IMG/VR virus record: IMGVR_UViG_3300017766_003039
Span: 2,985 to 66,984 of that record
DNA from: a virus
Taxonomy: Duplodnaviria; Caudoviricetes
Length of the DNA stretch: 64,000 nucleotides
Reading direction: 5' to 3' (one strand)
A program made the position numbers and the translations under genes. A model generated the notes under the pieces. It saw only the letters and a program-made list of their open reading frames with translations, did no database searches and was not told the DNA's origin. Below are positions 18,356 through 27,978 of the stretch, one piece after another. Within the stretch, counting starts at the first letter, position 1; each line of letters opens with the position of its first letter.

Positions 18356-18854
18356 GGGGCTCTCCGGTGATGATCGTGTGGTTCAGTTCCGGGTCCTTGT
18401 GGGAAACCAGCAGATGCGTTTCGTCGGTGAAGTCCGACTCGGCCGCGCCCACGTCCGTCGCTTCGCTCGGCAGGATCATGGTCAGGTAGACGTCAGACCG
18501 CGCGATGAACGATTGCTTCCGCCCGGCCGCGGCCGGCACGACGTTGTAGCCATCGAGCTCCAGTTCAGCCGAGCCGATGTAGACCAGCGCGCAGCCCTGC
18601 ACGATCAGGATCGTCGGCACCTTCACCAGCACGCCGGTGATGATCACCCGGGCCGGGATCTTCACCGTCCGGGCGTACATGCCGCCGTGAATGATATGGC
18701 CGGTGACGATCGAGACTTGGGGCATCGTCAAAAGAACGGCCTCAAGGTCGCGGACGTTCTCGATCTCGTGCGGAAGCATCGCCGGGATGGCCGCGCCCGC
18801 AAAGGGCACCAGCGGCGCCGGCTCGTGGGCCAGGGCTGGAAGGTTCTCAGGCAC
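18342..18854 (-). CDS. Cupin-like podophage tail-region protein
   Basis: GTG after GGAGG; HIIHGGMYARTVKIPA...G...GRKQ pattern. Confidence 0.65.
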   Translation of the reverse strand: MPENLPALAHEPAPLVPFAGAAIPAMLPHEIENVRDLEAVLLTMPQVSIVTGHIIHGGMYARTVKIPARVIITGVLVKVPTILIVQGCALVYIGSAELELDGYNVVPAAAGRKQSFIARSDVYLTMILPSEATDVGAAESDFTDETHLLVSHKDPELNHTIITGEPRGRN

Positions 18855-19389
18855 CGGCCGCCTCCGCCGTGTACTCGAGCCCGACGGCATAGCCGGTCCC
18901 GATGTAGTGCCGATAGTCCGGCGTCTCTTCCAGGTGCCGCTTGAGCGTCGCGCGGCCCCGTTTGGTATAGGCCGCCCCGGGCGCATCCGGGGCATGGAAC
19001 CCCAGAAAGCACACCAGCCGCAGAGCCGCGTCGTCCCCGGCCAGCACCGTCGTATCCAGGCGCGTCTTGGTCGACATGGCCTCATCCAGCACCCGGCGGA
19101 TTTCCTTCACGATCACCCGCGGCCGCAGGGTGATCTCCTCCGTCAGGACCATCCAGATGCTGCCCTCGCTCGAGGCGTACTGCCCGATGATGCCGGCGAT
19201 CGCCACCAGCCGGCCGTCCAGCAGCCACGCATAGCGCAGGTAAGAGCGGTCGAAAGAGTCCCGGAGCTCGCGGTGGGCATTGAGGCCGATATGGGACAGG
19301 GCCACCCGATGATCGAACCGCATGCGCCGCACGATGGCACCGCAGTGAAAGGGACGCGCTTCGATCCGCTGGAGGTTCATGGTCCCCAT
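18847..19389 (-). CDS. GNAT-fold internal virion protein A (T7 gp13-like)
   Basis: DGRLVAIAGI...IWMV...ALRLVCFLGF; follows the nozzle gene; start could be 19380. Confidence 0.7.
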   Translation of the reverse strand: MGTMNLQRIEARPFHCGAIVRRMRFDHRVALSHIGLNAHRELRDSFDRSYLRYAWLLDGRLVAIAGIIGQYASSEGSIWMVLTEEITLRPRVIVKEIRRVLDEAMSTKTRLDTTVLAGDDAALRLVCFLGFHAPDAPGAAYTKRGRATLKRHLEETPDYRHYIGTGYAVGLEYTAEAAGA

Positions 19390-19393
19390 TCTA

Positions 19394-22300
19394 TCACTTC
19401 CCCGCACGTTGCGGTTCCTTGTTCTGGGGAAGATCACCCGGCCACGCCTCGGCCACCAGGGACAGGATATTCACCGGCAGCGGCTCAAGTTGCTGGATAG
19501 CCATCTGGCCGCCGACGTCAAAGCCGCCCTGCACCGGGCAACGCAGCCAGCCTGTGTAAAGCGGCAGCGTGATCGACCCGTAGGGCGGGATGCTCTTTTC
19601 CGGAGCGGTGTCCAGGTTCTCCCATTCCGGCGCGGTCTGAATAGGGCTGAGCGTGCTGCCGTCCGGCTGATTGGACCCGACCTGAAAGACCCGGCTGTTC
19701 TCGACCAAGGCATTCACCGCGGCGATCTTCTTGCGCATGCCCTGGATCGTGGGCTCGCCGCCCTCAAGATAAATGGTCTGAATTTGCACCCCGTAGGACA
19801 GCCCGATCACGATGGCCGAAGCCGGCGTCGCCAAAGTGATCGACCCGGCGGCGCTCACCGTCGTCGGGGGGATTACCTCACCATCCGCCAAGCCGGTCAC
19901 TTCCATGCCGGCAAGATGCTGAAGACCACTTACCATCGAAACCGGTGCCGTCATTGTCCATTGGCCGGATGGCATCAATTGCACCCGGCCGCCGCTATTG
20001 GGGACAAGCTGGGTGAAGGGCGACGTGACGATGCCCTCGACCGTCATGGCATCCACATAATTCGTGATCGTGACCCGGCCGCCACCGCCGCGGATCACTG
20101 AGCCCTCGTCGCTGGCCTGGAACACCGCTCCCGTGGCCTCAAGCGTCACCGTGTTGTCCAGAGCCAGCACCGCCTCAGCGCCACTGCCGCCTTCGCTATA
20201 GGCCGTATCCGTGATCACCAGGCGCGGATTGATGTACCCGGTGCCTTGGCTGCCCGGCGCAAAGGTCACCGCCGTGATAGCGCCGCCGGCGATCGTGAGT
20301 ACCGGGACTGCCCCGGTCCCTGGACCATTCCCTTCGTCGTCAACCACCACCGCCGTCGTGCCGGCCGAATACCCCGAGCCGCCCACGAGCGACGTCGTGC
20401 CCGTGATGGCCCCTAGCCCCCTCGCCGAACTGGCGCTCAAGATCGCGTCCGGCTCAGGCTGCGGAAGCGACAGGCCGGCATCGACGCACCAGCAATCCTC
20501 GATCGTCAGCCATTGCCGGTTATCCATGCGCTCGATCATGTAAGCCGTGTTGTCGCCCGGGTAACGCTGGGTCGCCATGTAGAGCGCGTCGACCGGCGGC
20601 TCGGTGATCGAGCAGACGCTTTGGAAGATGCCGTTGGTGTCGTGCCGCGCCCAGCCGGCCACTTCCTGCGGCTTCACATAGGTGAGGCTCAGCATGGTGC
20701 CGTCCTCGCGCACCACCCACAGAACCTTGAACGGCTCCTCGCACCACGCATGCTCGCGCATCTGGTAGCCCGTGAAGAGATGCGAAGAGTTCAGCGTGAG
20801 ATCGGCGCCGGTATAGATGTTGTTGTTGTACTGGTAGGAGAAGTTTCGATAAATCGAGCCCTTCGCCTGCACAAAGATGATGTCGGAGTCGATCTTGATG
20901 GGCGGGATGTGGTCGTGGCACCCGTTATAGGCCTGCGGCTGGACCTGCTGCGTCGCCGGGCCGATTGGCTGCGGATTGAACGACGAACCGCCCGTACCGG
21001 TAAGCTGCCAGCCACCCTGTCCCGTCAGGACCACTAGGCCGCCCGGCATCGGCACGGCCGCCTGAATGCCATTCACCGCCACCGACCACGGCGTTCCCGA
21101 AATCGCATCGCTCTCGATCGGCGGAATGCGCACGTCGAAGTTCGTGTAGGCCCCCGGCTGGGAGATCCAGTACGAGTCCGGATTGTTGAACGAGTAGCCA
21201 TAGAAACGGCGCTGCTGGATATAAGCCGGCACGCCGGGATAGGTGCCGGACTGGGCGCCGATCTGGAGAGTCGCAGTGGCACCGGCGCCATCGCCCGTAA
21301 CCACCACAACATCGGTCGGTGCATACCCACTACCGCCCTGATCGACGATCACCGCAGTCAGCGAGCCGCCGACCAAAACGCCTCGCAGGACCGCGCCCGA
21401 GCCGGTAGACGTCGTGATCGCAAAGGCGGTGGTCGTGTACCCAGCGCCGCCCGCCACCGGCGTCACCGTCAAAACCTGGCCGCGGGCGAAGGGGTTTTGG
21501 AAGACCGGCGGCACCTGGTTGAAGTCCGGCACAATGTTGCTGTCGACAAACTGCGTACCGAAGGCAAAGCCCGCGAAGCCGAACTGAGCCCCTGCCACCG
21601 GCACAACGCCATAGCCCGGCGCCACCTTGTAGACGATGTACTGCGTCACGCCGGAAACCGCCGACCATGTCAGGGTGATAGAACCGGCAGTGGTCGCAAT
21701 ATCGACCGCACTCGGCACGGAAGCGATCGGGCTGGGCAGGCTTTCTGAGCCATCTTCTGGCGCCACGGAAGTGACCCGGTACTGATAGTTCACATTGCCG
21801 GCGGCCGTTGCCGCGCCGCTCACCGTAGCTGGTGCATCCACGCTAGGCGAGGGATCGACCTCTTCAAAAGTCCAATCCGTATTGCTGTTCCGGGACAAGT
21901 CCTCCGGCGCATATTCCGCGCCGCTTTGCTGGTTCACGCAGCAAATCGACATCACGTCGGCCGACTGCGTCCACTTCATGTATTCCAGATCCTGCTCGGC
22001 ATATGGCGAGCCGATCGTGTAGATGCGCGCCGCCTCACCCCCCAAGATGTAGACGCCATATGTCGTGGAATCGATCGGATTGCCGTAGACGTCATAGAGC
22101 GGGAACGAACTTCCCGTCGGCGCCCCCACCACCACGGTCTGCCCGTTCATCTGGGCCATACCCAGGATGTCAGACAACTCGATCCAGTCGCCTTCCATAA
22201 ACGGCACCACTAAAGACTGCGACAGCGTGAAGGTCGCGCCCGCTCCCGTGCCGCTGGTAGAAAGCTGCGACGCCGGGTTGGCGGGAAAGGCGCTATAGGC

Positions 22301-23296
22301 GCCGGCGCTGATGACCGAGACGACATTCGGCCCCATCAGAGCAAATTGAAAAGTCGCCGCCGTGCCCGATCCCGAGCTCGAGGCCTGCGTAAAGGTCGCG
22401 CCAGACGGGTTGGCCGTGAACACGCCGGCATTTGTGATCGTGAAGGTGGCGACGCCCAGCGACAGGTTCAACTGCGCGCCGATCAGCCCCGCGCCGGTCA
22501 CCGGCTCAGCCGCAGGGGTCGTCGGATTGACCGTGTAAGAGCCGGCCACGGTGATCGACAGAACGGCCGTGATCGCGCCGCCCGCCACCGTCACAGAGGC
22601 CTGAAACGGCGTCCCGGTGCCCGTCGTTCCCACCACCGTCTGCGTGCCATTGGCGCCGCCGGCGCCGCCCGCTGCGATCGTCGCCGAGACCACCTTGGTC
22701 GTGGCCACGGTCAATTGCGCCGGCGTGGTCTGCGTGCCACCGTTCAAGGCGATCGTGTTGCCCGGCGCATAGACACCAGTGCCAGGGGAATTGACCTGGA
22801 GACTTAGCAGCTTGGTGTTCGTCACACCCAGGATAGCCGGAGACAGATAAGTGCCCCCGCCGATCGTGATTGTGTCGCCAGGCGCGTAGGACGAAAGCAC
22901 TCCTGTGGTGATCGCCGTTGCCGCCGTCACGCCCATAGTCGAGACCGTCATTACTGCCGGGCTGGCCTGTGTCAGGTTGGTGATCAGCACGGGCGTCTCA
23001 GTGACGAACGCGCCTTGGGCGATCACACGCATGTAGAAGTTGCCGAACTCCAGGGCCAAGCCCTGATTGATCGAGAACTGGAACGGGATCAGCCGCGGAG
23101 GATAATTCCGGCCGGTTTGCTTGGAGAAGCCTACGAACTTCGTGCCGGCGCGCGAGGAGGAGCCGCCAGTATAGCGCACGAAAGCGTTGCGCATGGTTGA
23201 AGCCGCGGCGAAGTAACGCGCGAGATCGCTTCGCCCGAACAGGCTCGGTGCAGCCTCGCCGATCGTGAAGGTATTTTTTTCAATGGGGACAGCCAC
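19394..23296 (-). CDS. Tail nozzle / tail tubular protein B (T7 gp12, P22 gp10-like), enlarged by beta-rich insertions
   Basis: FTIGEAAPSLFGRSDLARY...RAGTKFV, RLIPFQFS, QSADVM, QQRRFYG, QEVAGWARHDT, YTG motifs; FCCH-like domain. Confidence 0.9.
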   Translation of the reverse strand: MAVPIEKNTFTIGEAAPSLFGRSDLARYFAAASTMRNAFVRYTGGSSSRAGTKFVGFSKQTGRNYPPRLIPFQFSINQGLALEFGNFYMRVIAQGAFVTETPVLITNLTQASPAVMTVSTMGVTAATAITTGVLSSYAPGDTITIGGGTYLSPAILGVTNTKLLSLQVNSPGTGVYAPGNTIALNGGTQTTPAQLTVATTKVVSATIAAGGAGGANGTQTVVGTTGTGTPFQASVTVAGGAITAVLSITVAGSYTVNPTTPAAEPVTGAGLIGAQLNLSLGVATFTITNAGVFTANPSGATFTQASSSGSGTAATFQFALMGPNVVSVISAGAYSAFPANPASQLSTSGTGAGATFTLSQSLVVPFMEGDWIELSDILGMAQMNGQTVVVGAPTGSSFPLYDVYGNPIDSTTYGVYILGGEAARIYTIGSPYAEQDLEYMKWTQSADVMSICCVNQQSGAEYAPEDLSRNSNTDWTFEEVDPSPSVDAPATVSGAATAAGNVNYQYRVTSVAPEDGSESLPSPIASVPSAVDIATTAGSITLTWSAVSGVTQYIVYKVAPGYGVVPVAGAQFGFAGFAFGTQFVDSNIVPDFNQVPPVFQNPFARGQVLTVTPVAGGAGYTTTAFAITTSTGSGAVLRGVLVGGSLTAVIVDQGGSGYAPTDVVVVTGDGAGATATLQIGAQSGTYPGVPAYIQQRRFYGYSFNNPDSYWISQPGAYTNFDVRIPPIESDAISGTPWSVAVNGIQAAVPMPGGLVVLTGQGGWQLTGTGGSSFNPQPIGPATQQVQPQAYNGCHDHIPPIKIDSDIIFVQAKGSIYRNFSYQYNNNIYTGADLTLNSSHLFTGYQMREHAWCEEPFKVLWVVREDGTMLSLTYVKPQEVAGWARHDTNGIFQSVCSITEPPVDALYMATQRYPGDNTAYMIERMDNRQWLTIEDCWCVDAGLSLPQPEPDAILSASSARGLGAITGTTSLVGGSGYSAGTTAVVVDDEGNGPGTGAVPVLTIAGGAITAVTFAPGSQGTGYINPRLVITDTAYSEGGSGAEAVLALDNTVTLEATGAVFQASDEGSVIRGGGGRVTITNYVDAMTVEGIVTSPFTQLVPNSGGRVQLMPSGQWTMTAPVSMVSGLQHLAGMEVTGLADGEVIPPTTVSAAGSITLATPASAIVIGLSYGVQIQTIYLEGGEPTIQGMRKKIAAVNALVENSRVFQVGSNQPDGSTLSPIQTAPEWENLDTAPEKSIPPYGSITLPLYTGWLRCPVQGGFDVGGQMAIQQLEPLPVNILSLVAEAWPGDLPQNKEPQRAGK

Positions 23297-23306
23297 ATCT
23301 CACCGC

Positions 23307-24200
23307 CTAGTAGGCTGCCGAGTTACCGAACATTACGTTGTCGAAGCCGCCCCACCACATGCCAATCCCTGGGCCGCCCCATCCCATCGCGCTGTTCCCA
23401 ATGCCACCCGACAGGCGGGCCCGCATCCAGTCGACGTTCAGGTCCGCATTGGCCCAGCTTTCATTACCGTCCGAAATCCGCGCCTCGAGTATTTTGCTTT
23501 CAGCGATCTTCATGTTGCGATCGCGCATGACCAGGCCGAACTTCTTGTCGCGAGCCAGCGGCATTGCAATCTCGGCCGCGAGATAGGCTACCAGTGCCGC
23601 GCGGAACTGCGCATCCCACTGAGTCGGATAGAAAGCGTTGAAGGTGTAGATGCAGCGCGCGTTCTGCACGTTGGTCATAATCACCAGCCGACCCGTCGGC
23701 CCCACGCCGGGCATGTCCACCGGAGTCTGCGCCACGCCGTCAGGAATGTAGTTTTGATCGGTCGTCACCAGAAAACGCGCCGGGATCGGACGCTGGCCCA
23801 GCAGTGCATTTGGCAGGCTCGTCGTCAGGGGCGACCCGGAATTGTCCGGCACAATGTTGTTGCTCGGGACGCTGACATTGATCAGCGGATTCCACGGGAC
23901 ATAGCGGACCTTCTGGCAGTCCGTCGGATAGGCGTACTCGTAGATAAACTGGCTGCCCGGGACCTGAGTGCCAACACCGGTCGTATTGCCCGTGCCGTCA
24001 GCCAGAAGCTGGAGCGGCGCTTCCTTGCGGGCGCAATTCCAGTGGGCCGCCCGGAGAAGCTGCCGGAGGCACTGGCCATAGGCGCGCAGGATCTTCTGGG
24101 CCTTGGTCGTGCCTTCCTGGATGTCGCCCAAGGTGAAGTCGACACCGGCCGCATCGAGCGCCTGATTGGCCACGCCGGTCGGGGAATTGTAATCGTCCAT
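23307..24200 (-). CDS. Head-tail adaptor / tail tubular protein A, paralog 1
   Basis: ANQAL...LLRAAHWNCARK...YEYAYPTDCQKVR...WDAQFRAALVAYLA. Confidence 0.8.
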   Translation of the reverse strand: MDDYNSPTGVANQALDAAGVDFTLGDIQEGTTKAQKILRAYGQCLRQLLRAAHWNCARKEAPLQLLADGTGNTTGVGTQVPGSQFIYEYAYPTDCQKVRYVPWNPLINVSVPSNNIVPDNSGSPLTTSLPNALLGQRPIPARFLVTTDQNYIPDGVAQTPVDMPGVGPTGRLVIMTNVQNARCIYTFNAFYPTQWDAQFRAALVAYLAAEIAMPLARDKKFGLVMRDRNMKIAESKILEARISDGNESWANADLNVDWMRARLSGGIGNSAMGWGGPGIGMWWGGFDNVMFGNSAAY

Positions 24201-24817
24201 CAGCCCTGCTCCGCCATTGCCGAGCTCGAGGACCGCGCCACGTCGGTCATGTCGACCTGATCGACATTGGTGTCCTTCAGCCCGCGCTTCAATCGCACGC
24301 CAAGCTCTGCCGCAAAGGCCTCCACATAGTCAGCCGGCCATTGCGCGGGATCCGTGACCTGGCCGGCGTAGGTCAGCACCGCATCGGCCACGTTCGTGCA
24401 GATCACACGCCGCGGCGGGGTGTAGCCCTGATCGTTCAGGACCGCGAACAGGTAGGGCTGCGGGTCCGGATTGAACATGAACAACGGCTGCGGCTTCACC
24501 GCCCGCACCTTCAGACAGTCGGTCGGGTAGGTGTAGGAGAACAACCACGGCATCGGCGGATAGGTCGTGGGATTCCACGACGTCGGCGGGAAATACCCGT
24601 TCGGGGGCGCCTGCTTCAGTAGGGTCAGCGATACGTTGCGCTCAATGAAATCCCAGTCTCCGTCGCGCATCGTGTCATCGCGAGTCTGAGAATAGATCGT
24701 GAGCGCTTGGCTGGCTGCCTTGGATCCGTCGTACAGGGAGCCTACCCTGAGCGTATAGCCAATGCGTTGCAGGCTGAGATTGACGACGTCGGTGGGATTC
24801 GAAACGGACGCGGGCAT
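24200..24817 (-). CDS. Head-tail adaptor / tail tubular protein A, paralog 2
   Basis: VNLSLQRIG...MRDGDWDF...WLFSYTYPTDCLKVR...WPADYVEAFAAELG. Confidence 0.8.
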   Translation of the reverse strand: MPASVSNPTDVVNLSLQRIGYTLRVGSLYDGSKAASQALTIYSQTRDDTMRDGDWDFIERNVSLTLLKQAPPNGYFPPTSWNPTTYPPMPWLFSYTYPTDCLKVRAVKPQPLFMFNPDPQPYLFAVLNDQGYTPPRRVICTNVADAVLTYAGQVTDPAQWPADYVEAFAAELGVRLKRGLKDTNVDQVDMTDVARSSSSAMAEQG

Positions 24818-24820
24818 TTA

Positions 24821-25390
24821 TCAGCCATCCCTGGTCATGGCAGCACCGGAGAATACACCGGCACTGCTCAGCAGCACCTGGGAAGTCTCCGGACGGCCGC
24901 CAAGGGCGATCGCGAATTCGCTGGCCAGCAGCCGCACAACGGCCTGGTGGAACAGGGCATCCCAGATCGAAGGATCGGGATTGTTGTTGTAAACCGCCCG
25001 CGCGTTCACAAGGTCGGCCCAGATCACCTTGGTCTGCACCGAGGCCACAAGAGTATTACCCACAGTCCAGTTGGTCGGCAGCGGGTTATTGGGATCGGCC
25101 AGCGTCCCCGGCATGACTTGCCAGATTTCCAATGCCGGCGCGGGATAAATGTATTCGTAGGCCCAAGGGAAGGGCGCCGTGTTGCCCGTCACCGTCAAGG
25201 CACCCGTGGCGCGCCCGAAGTCGAATTCGAACTGGCGCCCCACCGCGGCCACGCACGGCCCGTAGAGATACGATGCCGCAATGCCCGCCGCTGAGCCGTC
25301 AAAGCTCGGGTAGGTTCCAGTGACGGGCTTCTGGTTGTCGCCCATCAACTGGATGGCTTCGTTCACTACCGAGGTTGGAGTGATCGCCAT
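24821..25390 (-). CDS. Head-tail adaptor / tail tubular protein A, paralog 3
   Basis: VNEAIQLMG...RQFEFDF...WAYEYIYP...WDALFHQAVVRLLA. Confidence 0.75.
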   Translation of the reverse strand: MAITPTSVVNEAIQLMGDNQKPVTGTYPSFDGSAAGIAASYLYGPCVAAVGRQFEFDFGRATGALTVTGNTAPFPWAYEYIYPAPALEIWQVMPGTLADPNNPLPTNWTVGNTLVASVQTKVIWADLVNARAVYNNNPDPSIWDALFHQAVVRLLASEFAIALGGRPETSQVLLSSAGVFSGAAMTRDG

Positions 25391-25393
25391 TGC

Positions 25394-26779
25394 CTACTGC
25401 ACCCGGAAGGCGGTGACGGTGCTGTCTTTGCCGGCTCCTGAATAATCAAACTTCATCACGCCGGTAGCCGTAGAGGCAGAAGTGCATGAGATACGGATAT
25501 TACTTGCAGGAGTCGCAAGATAGCCACTCAGAGCAACAACCTGCGACTCGTTGGCCGTTTGCGGAACGCTTACCCCAGAGGCAATCACCGTAGTTCCGTC
25601 CCACAGCTTGCATTTCAAAGTAGCGGCGCCGGCCGTATCAAGAACGGTCACTGCGCCTGAAGCAAACCACGTTCCTGTGCTGCCCTGAGCAACCGTGGGA
25701 CCTGTCTGGTAAACGCCAGGATTGTTGAGAGGAACATCTCCCGACAGCGAGTTGGTGATCTGCGTGCCGCTCGGCACATACGCCGTTGATGCCGTATAGG
25801 CCGCAGTGCCAAGCGTGCCGCCGGTGCCGATGTTCAGCGTGCTGCCGTCCGTGCCCGCGAAGGTGAGTGTATTGCTCGCCGTAAGGGTCTTGGCCGCCGC
25901 GATGGTGAGCACGCCGGTCCCGGCCGTCCAAGTATTGCCGTTGTAGGTTTTGTTAGTGAATGCCTCGCTGCCAGCCAAAGTAGCCAGCGTCCCGGAGCCT
26001 GTCGCCGGAAACGTCACATTGGTCGTGGTCGTGGTCGTTAGCGTCAGCGCGTTGGCGCCCGACGTCGTGAAGGCGCCGGCCGTCGTGAGCGTGCCGCCCA
26101 GAGTGATGTTCTGGTTGCCGATCTTGGTGATCGTGAGCGCGCCGGTGCCGGTGTTGACCGTCGCATCCCCGCCTAGCGTGAAACCGCCGAACGCGCCCGC
26201 ATTGTTGTACTGGATCTGGCCATTGGTTCCAGCAACGCCGGGAAATGCCCCGCAGTCCTTCAGCAGCGTGCCGGTCGTATTGTTCCAGCAGGCGACATTG
26301 TTGACCGTGCTCGAGGCCGGCCCAACCACATAGCCATCCGTGAACGGGAATTGATAGTCCGCGCCGTTGACCTTCAGCGTCAGGGGAAGCGCCGAGGCGC
26401 CACCGGCCGAGCCGAAGCTGATCAGGCCGCTGCTCGAGACATTCGCCGACAGGCAGAGGTAGTGATAACCCGCCGCGTTGGTCGATACGGCGTCCTGGAT
26501 GCAGAACACTTCCCCGTTGGGGCCGGTGCCCTGCCCGGCATAGGGAGCCGTCCCCGTGCCGCGCGCCGTGATGTTGAGTTCCTTGAGGCCCTGGCCGGTC
26601 GTGTTGCCGCCAGCGGGGCCGCTGTCCTGGACGATCGGCTGAGCGCCGCCAGAACTGGAATAGGCGGGAGCGCGACCCGGAGACCAGGTTCCGCCCTGTA
26701 GTACCGTCGCCTGGCTCCACGCCTGAACGGGGAGAAGGACCGCAATCAGCGTGATCAACAGGCGCTTCATAGACTTCAC
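25394..26779 (-). CDS. Fibre-like structural protein with signal peptide
   Basis: MKSMKRLLITLIAVLLPVQAWS-Q; GTNGQIQYNNAGAFGG and TLATLAGSEAFTNKT fibre motifs; six Cys. Confidence 0.7.
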   Translation of the reverse strand: MKSMKRLLITLIAVLLPVQAWSQATVLQGGTWSPGRAPAYSSSGGAQPIVQDSGPAGGNTTGQGLKELNITARGTGTAPYAGQGTGPNGEVFCIQDAVSTNAAGYHYLCLSANVSSSGLISFGSAGGASALPLTLKVNGADYQFPFTDGYVVGPASSTVNNVACWNNTTGTLLKDCGAFPGVAGTNGQIQYNNAGAFGGFTLGGDATVNTGTGALTITKIGNQNITLGGTLTTAGAFTTSGANALTLTTTTTTNVTFPATGSGTLATLAGSEAFTNKTYNGNTWTAGTGVLTIAAAKTLTASNTLTFAGTDGSTLNIGTGGTLGTAAYTASTAYVPSGTQITNSLSGDVPLNNPGVYQTGPTVAQGSTGTWFASGAVTVLDTAGAATLKCKLWDGTTVIASGVSVPQTANESQVVALSGYLATPASNIRISCTSASTATGVMKFDYSGAGKDSTVTAFRVQ

Positions 26780-26799
26780 TCCATGGGCATCAGTGCCCG

Positions 26800-27144
26800 T
26801 TAGGTCCGATCATACAGCGGATTGCCCATCTTGCGTTCCGCTTCTTTGTTCTCGGCGTCTTCCGACTCGGTGCAGCACATATCCTCGATCTGCATCTCGA
26901 CCCGGCAGCTAACGCCGTTCTCACCATCGTCCCGGCTGACGTTCACAATCCGAGCCAGCGCATGGAAGTGAATGATGCCGCCCGAGCAAAGGTCCGACGT
27001 GTCAATCCCCAGCTTGATGAGCTCGCGCTGGTTCAGGCTGATGCGCGTGCCTGGCGGATAGTCCGGGCGCCCCGGCATCGGGATCGGCAGGATCTGATCC
27101 AGCTTTTCCTCATCCGACATCTCGAGCGAGACCATGGGCTTCAT
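26800..27144 (-). CDS. Putative capsid staple-like protein
   Basis: P.YPPGTRISL...L.KLG...VEMQIEDM pattern; ends GNPLYDRT. Confidence 0.55.
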   Translation of the reverse strand: MKPMVSLEMSDEEKLDQILPIPMPGRPDYPPGTRISLNQRELIKLGIDTSDLCSGGIIHFHALARIVNVSRDDGENGVSCRVEMQIEDMCCTESEDAENKEAERKMGNPLYDRT

Positions 27145-27147
27145 GGC

Positions 27148-27591
27148 CTAGCCCTCCGCGGGCTTGTCGGGCGGAGACTTCTCGGCAGAAGCGTCCTTCT
27201 TGGCCGTGCCGCCGGCGCCGAACGATAAATCGAAGTGATCGGCGATCTCCTTGTTGTGCCGCGAGCCCATCGTGCGATGCGCCTCGCGCATGCTGCCGTG
27301 GTGATCCATGCGCTCCTTCTCGTGGCGCTTATGGATCGCCTTCAGGCCATCCAGGAACATATCCTTGGGGGATGCGGCCTCTTCGGCCTCACCGTCGGCA
27401 GCCGCCGCGGCGCTATCGACCTCGGCCGCAGGGGCCTCTTCGCCGGCCTCGCCCTCGGCGGCAGCAGCCTCGGCTTCCGGCTTCTTCTCCGGATCGGGCT
27501 TCTCTTCGTCCTTGGGCTTGTTGTCGTACAGCGGGCTCTTGGTCATGGGCTTTATCCTCGAGGTAACGTCTGCCAATGTTGGGCTAGGCAT
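27148..27591 (-). CDS. Acidic/His-rich head-cluster protein starting with a copy of the MCP N-terminal peptide
   Basis: MPSPTLADVTSRIKPMTKSPLYDN...; second possible start at 27546. Confidence 0.75.
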   Translation of the reverse strand: MPSPTLADVTSRIKPMTKSPLYDNKPKDEEKPDPEKKPEAEAAAAEGEAGEEAPAAEVDSAAAAADGEAEEAASPKDMFLDGLKAIHKRHEKERMDHHGSMREAHRTMGSRHNKEIADHFDLSFGAGGTAKKDASAEKSPPDKPAEG

Positions 27592-27802
27592 TGATCTTGT
27601 CGTGACGGAACTTGCCCATCACCTCAGACCGGAAGAACGATCCTGCCGATTCAGCTTTCAGGAAACGATCGTACACATCCTTGGGCGCTTCAGGATAGCG
27701 ATAGAGGCCGCCAGACTTAAACCAGACCCACAGCCCGCTCTTGTCGTGAGCGACGCCGGAGATATTGCTGCTCTCCACCTTGACCTGCTTCGGGGGCTTC
27801 AT
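27584..27802 (-). CDS. KTSC domain protein
   Basis: VESSNISGVAHD...LWVWFKSGGLYRY...P.DVYDRFLKAESAGSFFRSEV. Confidence 0.9.
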   Translation of the reverse strand: MKPPKQVKVESSNISGVAHDKSGLWVWFKSGGLYRYPEAPKDVYDRFLKAESAGSFFRSEVMGKFRHDKINA

Positions 27803-27978
27803 TCTTTTTCCATCTCTTCGCGGTGCTTCTTTTGGAGCTCCGGCCAATCCTTCTCCGGAGTGTCGCGATATTCCTGCTCGTGCCGCTTGCGCATTTCCCT
27901 GCTGGCCCGGTTCTCCACCTGGGTGTCAGTGGCGCTCCCGGACCTGATGTGGTCGTACAGGGGCGGCCGGCCCTTCAC
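27799..27978 (-). CDS. Small charged protein (59 aa), missed by the ORF track
   Basis: GTG start overlapping upstream stop; MKGRPPLYDHIRSG...REMRKRHEQE...EMEKE*; stop overlaps the KTSC start. Confidence 0.7.
   Translation of the reverse strand: MKGRPPLYDHIRSGSATDTQVENRASREMRKRHEQEYRDTPEKDWPELQKKHREEMEKE

Noticed and set aside
8068-26779. Diversity-generating retroelement, expected in BPP-1-like phages
   Set aside because: No reverse-transcriptase motifs and no template/variable repeat pair differing at adenines were seen near either fibre-like gene.
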